DNA from: Syntrophales bacterium
GTDB lineage: Bacteria; Desulfobacterota; Syntrophia; Syntrophales; PHBD01
NCBI GenBank assembly: GCA_963668175.1
Contig: OY764159.1
Span: 2,752,001 to 2,816,000 of the forward strand
DNA: 64,000 nucleotides
Reading direction: 5' to 3'
The notes beneath the pieces are model-generated. The model was not told the origin of the DNA and searched no databases. It saw only the letters and a list, made by a program, of their open reading frames with translations. Positions 50,133 through 60,055 of the stretch are shown one piece after another; position 1 is the first letter of the stretch, and every line of letters starts with the position of its first letter. Made by a program: the position numbers and the translations under genes.

Positions 50133-50789
50133 ATGAAAATGAAGAAATCGCTGAAAGTTGTTCTGCTTTCGATAATAGGGGTCCTTTGGCTGGTCATCGT
50201 GTTGCTGTTGGCGCTTGTGACCGCCGTGGCCGATCATGAGATTGATCTTTACGCATTGTTAAGACCGCTCCCCAGCGATGACGAGATGATCGCGAATTTC
50301 TATGACAATAAGGATGACTTTGAGAAACTTGTCCAAATTTACTACACAGATCCGTCGAATCGATTTTATGGGTCTAAGGCGATGTCTACGCCGGAAGTGA
50401 AAGCCGTCATGAGGCGCGCAAAGGTCTATGGCATAGCAGGCGATGGGGATTTTTGGGTGCCTCCCGACCCTTACAATGAAGAGGCGCGCGATCGGAGTTT
50501 TCGTTCAGGTGAATTAGAAAGGCATCGTGACGGTATCGACTTTCATTACAAACATAAGCGCGTAACAGTCGGAATTGAGAAGTTCGACGATCTGCATAAA
50601 TATTACTATTACGCACCGATGATACCAAAAATAGAGCGCTACCCCGGCGAGCCGTACGATGTATTATTGACGCCTACTCATCATCATCGATTGTATAAAA
50701 GCCTGGACAGGTGGCCTGCCGATCTCCTCCCGCCCGATTGCGTTTACCGGCAAATCGATCTGCAGTGGTTCATTATGGTGTGTCGATAA
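50133..50789 (+). CDS. Putative immunity protein 3 (N-terminal membrane anchor)
   Basis: One TM helix, PSD.EMIA.F......FE.LV start and I...W C-terminal motif; directly upstream of effector 3. Confidence 0.65.
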   Translation: MKMKKSLKVVLLSIIGVLWLVIVLLLALVTAVADHEIDLYALLRPLPSDDEMIANFYDNKDDFEKLVQIYYTDPSNRFYGSKAMSTPEVKAVMRRAKVYGIAGDGDFWVPPDPYNEEARDRSFRSGELERHRDGIDFHYKHKRVTVGIEKFDDLHKYYYYAPMIPKIERYPGEPYDVLLTPTHHHRLYKSLDRWPADLLPPDCVYRQIDLQWFIMVCR

Positions 50790-50876
50790 TAATATTTTCA
50801 GAGCGTGCAACAATGGTTCACGGACATTTGTAAGATAAATTATGACGAAGCGAATTGGATGAAGGAGTTTGGAAAA

Positions 50877-52454
50877 ATGGCCGAAAATGAGAAGTATACC
50901 AAATGGGAACCGAAAACCATGGATTGCATCAGACAAAACAGTTCCATCTTTAAATCCGTTGCCGCCCGGATGGGAATCTCCGCGGAAGCCCTCGCCGGCG
51001 CCATGGCGAAAGAGAACAACCAATACCAACTCAATACAGCGGTGGAAGTATTCAAGGACAGATGGGCTTTAGGAACGATATCCGGTGAAATAGTCGACCA
51101 TGCTCAATGGTCGGCCCAATATGACGCGGTGAAGAAGTCGAACTGGATAGATAACGCAGACAGATTAAGAAAGATAAGAAACCCCATATTGGTTGACCTC
51201 GGCCCTTTCAACCTTCAGGGTGCAACCGCCATCCGGGCCTTGATTAGATATATCCAAGCCAATCCCCATTCGGATCCTTTTGATCTGAAACAGTATCAGG
51301 GAGACTATGCAAAATTCCTGTCCACCATAGCAGGTCCCGATGCGGCGCCGTGGAATACTCTGAACGCCGAAGAGAGCGTAAGGGTGAATGCAATCGTCTG
51401 GGGCATGCAGATAAAACAAGCCCAGGACTGGTTCGAAAAGAAGAAACGGGGCGACGAGCGGTTCGCTAAACTTTGGGACGGGAAGCCGCAGAAGGAAAAA
51501 GACGCATTCTACGCGCAGTGGTGCTTTTTCGGACCTCGAAAAATGGAAGAGAGGTTCGTGGATAATATTAACGACAGCAAGCATCGTGGGACATACAAAC
51601 CGGAACTCGGTGAAGGCGGTTCGGACGTTCATAAGAATGCGGGGGCTATCGGGATCGCGATGGACAATTTCGGCTACGCGGCTGAAGGCCAGAATTCAGA
51701 CTCGGAAAAGACGGCATCCGCCGCCGGCGCTCCCGCCTCCCCATCCAACGCACGTATTACATATAACACCGACGGCACGGTCACCGTCAACAAGGGCGGC
51801 ACGCTCTGGGAAATCTGCGAAGAGCAGAGGAAAAAGGGCAATCCGATCACCCCCGACGATTTGAGGTTGAAAAACAAGAACATCGAGGATGTGGACGATA
51901 CGAGGATTCCCGTCGGCACGAAATTGGTCATTCCCAGACGCCAAGAAGCTGACTCCGCCATTAGCACTGGCGACAAATCTAACGCCGCTGACTATCAGGG
52001 CCATCGTGAAGATCGTAGAAATCTTTTCGGCGGCAGCGATTCAAGCCGCGGAGATATTTACAATACGATTGAAAATGAAGATGACAATCCCCGGGTCATC
52101 TCTAGTGACCCTTCCGTCAGTTCTCCATTGCAGCACGTAATGGATGCGCTGGGAGTGGCGTCCAAAGATGTGCATTTAATCCCGGACGGGGACAATGAAA
52201 ATCCAATGCCGGGGTCCTACAGCATTATGGATAAGAGTACATCGAAAGAAATCGGTTCTTGTTTGATGACTACGACCGGTTGCGAAATGACCGCAGGCGA
52301 CAGGAAGGTCGTGATGGATAAGATAAGCGGCAACGACGTCAGCCTGCAAACATACGCCAAAAACGACGAAGGAGAATATGAACTCCTGGGGACGACACGA
52401 ATCGGCGACAACGACGGGATTACCGTGAGAAGGCCTTTTGCAGGGCTAGCCTGA
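50877..52454 (+). CDS. Effector 3: lysozyme-like domain + LysM-like domain + conserved C-terminal domain
   Basis: AAGGAG RBS and ATG 50877; A...GI..EALAGA.A.E ... D.GP.N motif; V.KG.TLW.I.....L...N.......IPVG.KLVIP; CTD 52125-52454. Confidence 0.7.
   Translation: MAENEKYTKWEPKTMDCIRQNSSIFKSVAARMGISAEALAGAMAKENNQYQLNTAVEVFKDRWALGTISGEIVDHAQWSAQYDAVKKSNWIDNADRLRKIRNPILVDLGPFNLQGATAIRALIRYIQANPHSDPFDLKQYQGDYAKFLSTIAGPDAAPWNTLNAEESVRVNAIVWGMQIKQAQDWFEKKKRGDERFAKLWDGKPQKEKDAFYAQWCFFGPRKMEERFVDNINDSKHRGTYKPELGEGGSDVHKNAGAIGIAMDNFGYAAEGQNSDSEKTASAAGAPASPSNARITYNTDGTVTVNKGGTLWEICEEQRKKGNPITPDDLRLKNKNIEDVDDTRIPVGTKLVIPRRQEADSAISTGDKSNAADYQGHREDRRNLFGGSDSSRGDIYNTIENEDDNPRVISSDPSVSSPLQHVMDALGVASKDVHLIPDGDNENPMPGSYSIMDKSTSKEIGSCLMTTTGCEMTAGDRKVVMDKISGNDVSLQTYAKNDEGEYELLGTTRIGDNDGITVRRPFAGLA
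52125..52454 (+). repeat. Conserved C-terminal domain, copy 3
   Basis: Same motif; followed by a 44-bp block (52449-52492) identical to 55369-55412. Confidence 0.95.
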
Positions 52455-52764
52455 TGCCGGGACAGGCACAGGCCGTCTCAATATTCGCCGCGGCTCAGAA
52501 AGAATGCTCGGTTCAAAGGGATATGTGAAAATGAAAAGCAAGGTATCTCCGCATCGCATTCTTTTGTCTGTAAAGGGCAAATGACCTCATTGTTTTGGCC
52601 CCTGGGGGCTTACCAAAGTTTTTGGAACACCCGCGACGATGGTATTTTACCGAATCAATAATTTACCCCGATACGAGTCGAATTGATGGAAAAATGAATA
52701 TGGGAGGAGCAACGAGAGATTTTTTTATTCGTTGATCAAGCGGGAAGGCATAGGAGGGAAAAAA

Positions 52765-54258
52765 TTGAAAACGAAAGCGATCTTGATAGTGCTGATCTGT
52801 ATTGCCGCCTGCGCCGGCTATCAACAACCTGCCAGGGCATCCGGGGACGCCGCCGTTACATGCCGGAGCGCCAAGGAGTGCGTCGATCGGGGAATTCGCA
52901 AATTCAATGAACGGCAGTACGACTCGGCCATCGCCTATTATACGCGGGCCATCGCGCTTGATCCCGAATATGCCGCCGCGTACGATCGCCGCGCGAATGC
53001 CCATGCCCTCAAACAGGACTATCGCAGCGCCATTGCCGATTATACCGAGGCCATTAGAATCGATCCCGGGTTTGCCGAGGCCTACCATGGGCGCGGGCTT
53101 GCCTACGCGAAAACAGGGGATAGCGACCTCGCCATTGCCGATTACACGGCGGCCATCGACCGCAAGTGGCGGGATGTCGTTCAGTCCTACTATTATCGCG
53201 GCAATGCCTATTATAATGTGGGGAAGAACGATCTCGCCGTTCGCGATTACGATGAAGTCCTTCGCATCGATCCTAAAGCTGCCAACGCCTGCTTCAATCG
53301 CGGCCTTGCATACAAGAGGATGGGGGACGACGCCAGGGCCGCTGCGGATTTCGACAGGGTGATCGCCCTCGATCCGAAACACGCGGAGGCGTACTATTGG
53401 CGCGGCGCTATCTTTCAGAAAAGAAAGGATTACGACCGTGCCGTCGCCGATTTCAGCCAGGCCCTTGCCGTCAATCCGCAGCACGCCAAAGCCCGTCTCG
53501 TCCGGGGGAATGCCTATGCCGAAAAAGGAGACTATAACACCGCCATTGCCGATTATACCCAGGTCATTCTGATGAATCCCGCTTTTGCAGATGCAAGTCT
53601 TAACCGCGGACGCGTTTACATGGAAACCGGGGACGATGCCAGGGCCGTTGCCGATTTCACAAGGATGATCACCCTCGACCCGAAGCACGCGGAGGCGCAC
53701 TATTTGCGCGGACGTATCTATCAGAAAAGAAAGGATTACGACCGTGCCATCGCCGATTTCAGCCAGACCATCGCCTTCAATCCGCAGCACGCGAAAGCCC
53801 GGCTCGCCAGGGGGAATGCCTATGCCGAAAAAGGCGACTATAACAACGCTATCGCGGATTATACCGAGGTCATCCGGATGAATCTTCCGGATAAGTACAA
53901 GGTGGGGGTTATCGTTAATCGCGGCCTTGCATACGAGAAAATGGGGGACGATGCCGGGGCCATTGCCGAGTTCACGAGCGCCATCGCCCTCGATCCGGAA
54001 AATGCGGCCCCATACTATGCCCGCGGGCGCAGCTATCTTAAAATATGGGATTTCGACCGCGCCTTTACGGATTTCAATAAGGCCATTGCCGTCAATCCAC
54101 AGTATCGGGAAGCTTACATGGCCCGCGGCGCTTCCCTCCTGGGGAAGGGGAAATGTGCCGAGGCATGGCGGGACGTGAGGCACGCAGAAGGACTGGGCGA
54201 GATACCAAATCCAAACTTCTATAAGTTCCTCAACGAAAAATGCCCGCCGCAACAGTAG
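52765..54258 (+). CDS. Exported TPR-repeat protein (putative immunity/partner of effector 4)
   Basis: AGGAGG RBS and TTG start; signal peptide; 34-aa AY..RG.AY...G....AIADY..AI..DP repeats. Confidence 0.9.
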   Translation: MKTKAILIVLICIAACAGYQQPARASGDAAVTCRSAKECVDRGIRKFNERQYDSAIAYYTRAIALDPEYAAAYDRRANAHALKQDYRSAIADYTEAIRIDPGFAEAYHGRGLAYAKTGDSDLAIADYTAAIDRKWRDVVQSYYYRGNAYYNVGKNDLAVRDYDEVLRIDPKAANACFNRGLAYKRMGDDARAAADFDRVIALDPKHAEAYYWRGAIFQKRKDYDRAVADFSQALAVNPQHAKARLVRGNAYAEKGDYNTAIADYTQVILMNPAFADASLNRGRVYMETGDDARAVADFTRMITLDPKHAEAHYLRGRIYQKRKDYDRAIADFSQTIAFNPQHAKARLARGNAYAEKGDYNNAIADYTEVIRMNLPDKYKVGVIVNRGLAYEKMGDDAGAIAEFTSAIALDPENAAPYYARGRSYLKIWDFDRAFTDFNKAIAVNPQYREAYMARGASLLGKGKCAEAWRDVRHAEGLGEIPNPNFYKFLNEKCPPQQ

Positions 54259-54516
54259 CTCTTTTTAGGCGATGACGGAAAATCGGTTCAGAGGATCGTG
54301 AACGAAACCCGATTGCAACGATGGCAGAGAATGAAGAACGGGTACGATGAAATCGTCATCGGCAATCTCAAGCGGGGAGAAATCGGTACAGGGATTGCCA
54401 GTCAAGAAGCGTCTTGCGCGTTTGGGACAATGACGACGACCTGTCCATTGCCCAAAAGAATTTGAGAGAAAAAGCATTATCTTTCACGGAAGAACAGAGA
54501 CCGGAGGGTTCGAAGA

Positions 54517-55374
54517 ATGGCAGCAGAAAACAAGAAGAACGATAATGAAAAGACGTTAAAAAAGGGATTTGAAATATTTAATTTTGTGAAAGATATCGCA
54601 AGCAAGACCGGTGACATCCTTGCGACCGGAAATTCCACCGTAAAATTAATCAAAATGGGAGTGGACGGTTCAATGACGGTACTACAGAGTATTCCAAAGT
54701 CGCTACTGGAAGGAGAATTAGTTCCTATTGGCCTTGTAAAAGAACTTGGCACATGGGGTGCTTCCTCCGCAGTCGGCGAGACGATCATTGTAACGGCGGG
54801 CGGTTTGGCATCCGCCGGAGCAGCGACCATTTTAGGGGCGGCAACGCTGACCGCAGCGGCAGGCGCGCTATACGGTGCTTTATGGCAAAAGGTGTATGAG
54901 CATTCGAAGGAGAACCCTATATGGGAAGGCGCGCCCGAGATGAAATACGACGGTATGTATCTGCATGATCCCTCCAAATCCGGAAACGAGATACCAAATG
55001 AAGATGCCATTATGAAGAACTATTCCCTGAACGATCCCGGCAAGCCATTGAAGCATGCATTGACCGCGCTGGGATTGAAACCCGACGAGGTGCATCTAGC
55101 TCCGGCGGCGAGCAATGGGAATTCGACGTCGGAAGCCCTCGCTATAAGGGATAAGGACACATCGGAAAAAATAGGCTCCTGCGTGATGACGCCTGGCGGC
55201 TGCGAAATGACCGCGGGCGACAGGAAGGTCGTGATGGACCGGATAAGCGGCAGCGACATTCATCTGGAAACGTATGCCAAAAACGACGATGGAAAATATA
55301 AACTCCTGGGGCAGACAAGAATCGGCGACAACGACGGGATCACCGTGAGAAGGCCGTTTACGGGGCTCGCCTGA
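54517..55374 (+). CDS. Effector 4: glycine/alanine-zipper hydrophobic domain + conserved C-terminal domain
   Basis: GGLASAGAATILGAATLTAAAGALYGAL segment; CTD 55045-55374. Confidence 0.7.
   Translation: MAAENKKNDNEKTLKKGFEIFNFVKDIASKTGDILATGNSTVKLIKMGVDGSMTVLQSIPKSLLEGELVPIGLVKELGTWGASSAVGETIIVTAGGLASAGAATILGAATLTAAAGALYGALWQKVYEHSKENPIWEGAPEMKYDGMYLHDPSKSGNEIPNEDAIMKNYSLNDPGKPLKHALTALGLKPDEVHLAPAASNGNSTSEALAIRDKDTSEKIGSCVMTPGGCEMTAGDRKVVMDRISGSDIHLETYAKNDDGKYKLLGQTRIGDNDGITVRRPFTGLA
55045..55374 (+). repeat. Conserved C-terminal domain, copy 4
   Basis: Same motif. Confidence 0.95.
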
Positions 55375-55604
55375 TGCCGGGACAGGCACAGGCCGTCTCA
55401 ATATTCGCCGCGACACTGCATGAAAATTCGGTTCATGGAGGATGAAACGTGAAGCAGCCGTTTCCCGAATTCGGGGTACCGCATCCCCTCGTACAGGATG
55501 CGGTACGTAATGATCTATTGTTTCTTCTCATAGTGTTGGGAATTCCGGGAATTCGCGCAGTCGGAATGCTATGCTGGCATTTCAGGATACGGGGAGGCAC
55601 GTCA

Positions 55605-56507
55605 ATGCCGGCTTTTAAACCGTTTACATGGATTGCGGTTCTCATCGTCATCGCGGTTATTCCCGCGCCTGGATTTGCCGCGCCGCATATCGTTCCGCTT
55701 GACTCCGTGTTCAAAGTGACAGAGGTGCCCTACGAAGGCGGCGAATTAATGATGCCCGGCAAGGATAGCAGCGGCAAAAAGAACGGCGATGGGGAGGAAT
55801 CCTTTTCTCCCGGCTGGAAGAAGCTCTTTCTTAGCGTACCGGGCAGCAAGCGATCATACTTGTTGGACGGAACATGCGTCCATTATGATCGGAACGCAAT
55901 CGACCTCGGCGACGGGCGCATCGTTATGGCGTGCCAATCGGGAGGCAACCATTGCTGCAGCACATACGTGAGCCTGCTGAAGGACAGTAAAAAAGGCACG
56001 CTGAAGGTCGCCGGTTCGAGAACGATCATTCATCCCGAGCTGGGCATAGACAAAGAAAGCATCGGGCCTGTCGATTCCCGGGGAAACCTGAGCATCGAAG
56101 TTCACGGATTTACCGATCGATACGACGACGATATCGAAAAAGCGAGCCACGAACCTTCTTTCATCTATTACATCAAGATCCTTAAGACCGGCCATGTGGC
56201 CGTCGACAGGGACGTTAAAGCGTACGAGAACATCATCGCGAAGCTCAAAACATCGTTGTCGAAATCGTACGATTTCGAGATGTATGTGCAGCTTGTCTTT
56301 TATAACCGTCTTCTCGATCTGAAACTTTCCGAAAACGCCTATCTGAGCAAAGCCTCGGCGTCCGAAAAAGGCGTTGCCGCCCGCGGCGTCAAGTGGATAT
56401 TTGAAGAAATGCCGTTTCTCAGGATTATCAACGACGATGATGGTTTTGCTCTGAAGCCGACCGCCCCGATCTCAGGCCATGACGCTGTTCAAAAAAAGAA
56501 ACGCTGA
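55605..56507 (+). CDS. Exported hypothetical protein (possible orphan immunity protein)
   Basis: GGAGG RBS and ATG 55605; signal peptide (GFA); SGG.HCC motif; no effector downstream. Confidence 0.65.
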   Translation: MPAFKPFTWIAVLIVIAVIPAPGFAAPHIVPLDSVFKVTEVPYEGGELMMPGKDSSGKKNGDGEESFSPGWKKLFLSVPGSKRSYLLDGTCVHYDRNAIDLGDGRIVMACQSGGNHCCSTYVSLLKDSKKGTLKVAGSRTIIHPELGIDKESIGPVDSRGNLSIEVHGFTDRYDDDIEKASHEPSFIYYIKILKTGHVAVDRDVKAYENIIAKLKTSLSKSYDFEMYVQLVFYNRLLDLKLSENAYLSKASASEKGVAARGVKWIFEEMPFLRIINDDDGFALKPTAPISGHDAVQKKKR

Positions 56508-56791
56508 ACAGTGAGGGCATTCGCCCTGCATGGACAATTTAGACCATTTGCGCGGACACGACGGCCCGGGAAAGGGCAGGGCTGGTAGCGTTCCAAGGCA
56601 AAGAGCAAACAACGCCGACTGCGCCCGCAATGCCTTTCTGACGGGCGTTACGATAGATTGAGGAATGCCGGCCGGGAGAGTCGGAAAATCCGCCGCCATT
56701 TAATCGGCCGGCCGATCCCTACCCAAAAGCCGGTGCAATTGACATGCTGAAATCGATCCTTACATTAAGGGTAAGGGGAAGGAGGTGCGTT

Positions 56792-57301
56792 ATGATCGAT
56801 TCAGCGAATGCCATCTCCACGAATCCGGTTTTAGCCGCGATCGCCGCAAACGCCCTGCAAATACGAGCGATTGCCGATCTCCCTCCAACTTACAGTGCGC
56901 AGTTTTCGGATACGGTGACTGTTTCCCGGGCGGCAACCGATTTGGCCGATGCCCTGAAGACTCAAAATACCGACGATTTTGCCCGGCAATTGGCGAACGC
57001 TGCCGATCAGGCGGCAGCGGGAACAACTGCGACGCAGGATCAGGTGCAGGCGAACGATCGACTTTCTCTGGACACGGCTGAGCAATTTCTGGATACGGTG
57101 GCGGCTGAAGACGTTTTGGCAAACGACCTCCAGGCGCAGAAAGACAGGGATTATGCCCAACTGTTGGCGGATATTGCGAATCTGACGGCAACGGAAACGG
57201 TCGCGACCCAAAATATGGAGATCGACAGCGCCGCTTATTCCATGGCGTCGGCGAACAGATACCGGCAGAGAAGGGTCTCTCTGAAGGACCTGAAAATCTA
57301 A
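56792..57301 (+). CDS. Hypothetical Ala/Asp/Gln-rich protein
   Basis: GGAGG RBS; possible TTGACA-16-TACATT promoter at 56739-56766; DTVTVS.AA motif and internal repeat. Confidence 0.6.
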   Translation: MIDSANAISTNPVLAAIAANALQIRAIADLPPTYSAQFSDTVTVSRAATDLADALKTQNTDDFARQLANAADQAAAGTTATQDQVQANDRLSLDTAEQFLDTVAAEDVLANDLQAQKDRDYAQLLADIANLTATETVATQNMEIDSAAYSMASANRYRQRRVSLKDLKI

Positions 57302-57614
57302 AACGTGTGCCCCGCTTGTTAGGAAATTCGGGCAAAGGGGAGAACGCTGTGCCCGTTTCGTCTCATTCCGTATATCCTTCCCGTAGCTATTACTTCGATA
57401 TCTAACGGATATCCGCGACAACCGGTTCGTGAATCCGGATCTGCATGGGAAATCCGACGGCAGGAACGGCCGCGCAAGACGGCCGGAAATAGGACGGCAA
57501 CGATGATCGCGGCAAGGGACGGCAGACCGGCATTGCAAAGTGCGGCAGGAAGGGCAGGGCGACGGGGAATCGGTAAAACGGTGTTGCGTTCGGGGAAAGC
57601 CCGGCATGACGGGT

Positions 57615-57648
57615 AAAAAAAGAGGCCGGGGGTTTAGCCCCGGCCTCG
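57615..57648 (-). terminator. Rho-independent terminator of the flavocytochrome gene
   Basis: A-tract then GAGGCCGGGG-gtttag-CCCCGGCCTC. Confidence 0.8.
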
Positions 57649-57673
57649 ATGCAGCATAAGTTAGGTTAAAGGA

Positions 57674-59230
57674 TCAGGCTTTCTCTTTGGCTGCGTTCGT
57701 TCCGGCGATGCGGCCGAAGACGATGGCATCCGGCGTTGCGTTGCTGCCCAGGCGGTTCGATCCGTGGACGCCGCCCACGACTTCGCCCGCCGCGTAGAAG
57801 CGCGGAATGGGCTTGCCCCAGATGTCGATGACCTGGGCCTGCTCGTTGATCCTCAGGCCGCCCATGCAGTGATGCACGGCGGGCCACTGGGGCAGCGCGT
57901 AGAACGGGCCTTCGACAATGGGTATCATCTTGTTCGTGATGGGCTTGTTGAAATCGGGGTCCTTGCCGTCGGCAAGGTACTGGTTGTGTTTCTTGATCGT
58001 CTCCTCGAACGCATCGGTGGGTATGCCGATCTTGCCCGCCAGCTCCTTCAGGGAATCGGCCTTGACGAAGCGGCCGTTATCCAGGCCCCTCTTCAGCTCT
58101 TCCGGCGTGCCGAGCAGCGGCGCGATTTTCTCGCAGAAGATGGAGTACGTCGGCTTCGAGCCCGTGGCGATGGCGGCGCGCGAGCAGACGTCGCGGCGCT
58201 CCAGCTCGCTCACATAGCGCTTCCCGTTCCTCGCGACATAGACGATCCCGGCGCCGGGGCCCCGGAAGGGGAACACGGCCGACGAATCGAGGATGCCGGT
58301 TTCCGGCTCCGCGAAGGGATAGAGCTGGATGAAGGCGAGCTGCAGGGAATCGGCGCCGATGGCCTGGGCGAAACGGATCGTCTCGCCGGTCGCGCCCTTG
58401 TGGTTCGTGCAGTTGACCGAAGGCGTGACGCTCGGGTTGAAATCCTGCCGCATTTTGATGTCCTGGCCGAATCCGCCCGATGCATAGACCAGGGCGTACT
58501 TGACCTTGATGTTGGATTTCCTGCTTCTCGTGGCCACTTCCACACCGAGGACCGGGCCTTCGACATCCTTTCGCCAGACCCAGTTCACCGTGGTTCCCAG
58601 CCTGATCTTCGTGCCGCTCGCCTCCGCCATTTTCTTCAGGGCTTCGGTGAAACCGCGGCCTACGCCGTCAACGCATGTCCGGGCGCGGTATGCCGTGTGC
58701 CCGCCCGCGCGGCTTGCGTTCTCACGCATCTTGAGGCCGCCCTGATCGATCATCCAGTTCAGGGTGTCGGGTGCGCCTTCGACCATGATCTTCACCAGGG
58801 CGGGGATGTTGTAGTAGTCGCCGCCCTTGAGGGTGTCTTCGAAATGCTGTTTCGTGCTGTCCTCGCCGAGGTTCAGCTTCTGGCGGATATGGAATTTGTC
58901 GTCGGACGACGCGTATTCGCCGCCGTTGATGATCGAGTTGCCGCCGTAGGTAGGCATCTTTTCGAGGATGACGACTTTCCGTCCCCGTGACGCCGCTTCC
59001 GCCGCGGCCGCGAGGCCCGCGAAACCGGAACCGATGACGAGCACGTCCACCTCTTCATCCCATTTCGCGGGGAGCTTCCTGATCGCGGCACCCGCCGTTC
59101 CCGGCATGGCCATGTTCAGGGCCAGGCCTCCGCCCGCCGCCATGGCGCCCAGGGCGACTGCCCCTTTCAGAATCGAACGGCGGTTTACGCCTTTTCCTTC
59201 GAGTATTTCTTTCTTTTCTTCCTTCTTCAT
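57674..59230 (-). CDS. Tat-exported flavocytochrome c flavin subunit (fumarate/urocanate reductase family)
   Basis: NRRSILK twin-arginine signal; DV.VIGSG.AGL.AA; HH.MGG..I; AAGEV.GGVHG.NRLG. Confidence 0.93.
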   Translation of the reverse strand: MKKEEKKEILEGKGVNRRSILKGAVALGAMAAGGGLALNMAMPGTAGAAIRKLPAKWDEEVDVLVIGSGFAGLAAAAEAASRGRKVVILEKMPTYGGNSIINGGEYASSDDKFHIRQKLNLGEDSTKQHFEDTLKGGDYYNIPALVKIMVEGAPDTLNWMIDQGGLKMRENASRAGGHTAYRARTCVDGVGRGFTEALKKMAEASGTKIRLGTTVNWVWRKDVEGPVLGVEVATRSRKSNIKVKYALVYASGGFGQDIKMRQDFNPSVTPSVNCTNHKGATGETIRFAQAIGADSLQLAFIQLYPFAEPETGILDSSAVFPFRGPGAGIVYVARNGKRYVSELERRDVCSRAAIATGSKPTYSIFCEKIAPLLGTPEELKRGLDNGRFVKADSLKELAGKIGIPTDAFEETIKKHNQYLADGKDPDFNKPITNKMIPIVEGPFYALPQWPAVHHCMGGLRINEQAQVIDIWGKPIPRFYAAGEVVGGVHGSNRLGSNATPDAIVFGRIAGTNAAKEKA

Positions 59231-59956
59231 GCAAACCTCCTGCCTTTCAATCGATGTTGGTGGTGAATGATCCCGCCTGCGCGGCGGTAAGTCTAATCCG
59301 TTGGTGAACCATTCTGATTGCCGGGGTATCTCCTTTCGTTGACGATGATTGCTTCAATGCTTGCGCGATTGATCCATCCGTCGCTCCGTCTGCGGTCCCC
59401 TCATGAAACAGCCACCCGCTATTCACCACCACCGCAAAGAGGTTCTTTGCTGCCGATGCCCCTTTGAAAACGTCCCCGCGCGGATGCCCCTAACATCCCC
59501 GCGGCCCTGAAATGATCTCACGGGTAAAAAAGCGGTCCCGGAAAACACAAAACCCCGCCTCTGGAAAGAGAGACGGGGTTTCGAATATTCCTGCATAACG
59601 CGCTTTCGTAAAGACGGTTCTGGAGCCGGTTAACGATGTCCACTTTAATGCCTTTTCTGACATATTAAAGCAAAATGCACAAAATTGCCAAGACAATTTT
59701 TCGCCCCCTGCCGGCGTGACCGGCGAAAAAGAGCGATCCATTTTCCGGCCGGTTCGTTACAATTGCCGATCATACGGGACTTTCGAAGGCGGGTACGGCC
59801 AAGGCCGGACGTAACCGGTTATCCGGGAAACCGCGAAAACGTCCGGTTCCATCTATCGCTTCAAAAACAGAAATGCTGGAATATTGTAATGCAAGATGAT
59901 TCTTCTGCAATTCCCTTAATATCAGTATGTTATGATTATATTATACCATATTCTTA

Positions 59957-59985
59957 TTGACATCTATAGGAAAATATATTATAAT
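59957..59985 (+). promoter_or_regulatory. Consensus sigma70 promoter of the fifth immunity/effector pair
   Basis: TTGACA 59957-59962, 17 nt, TATAAT 59980-59985. Confidence 0.8.
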
Positions 59986-60055
59986 TTCGGCATGATAACA
60001 CAGAGCGGCCGGACAGGACAGAAGGCGTTCGGACCGTTGGCTGTCTAAAAGGGGG

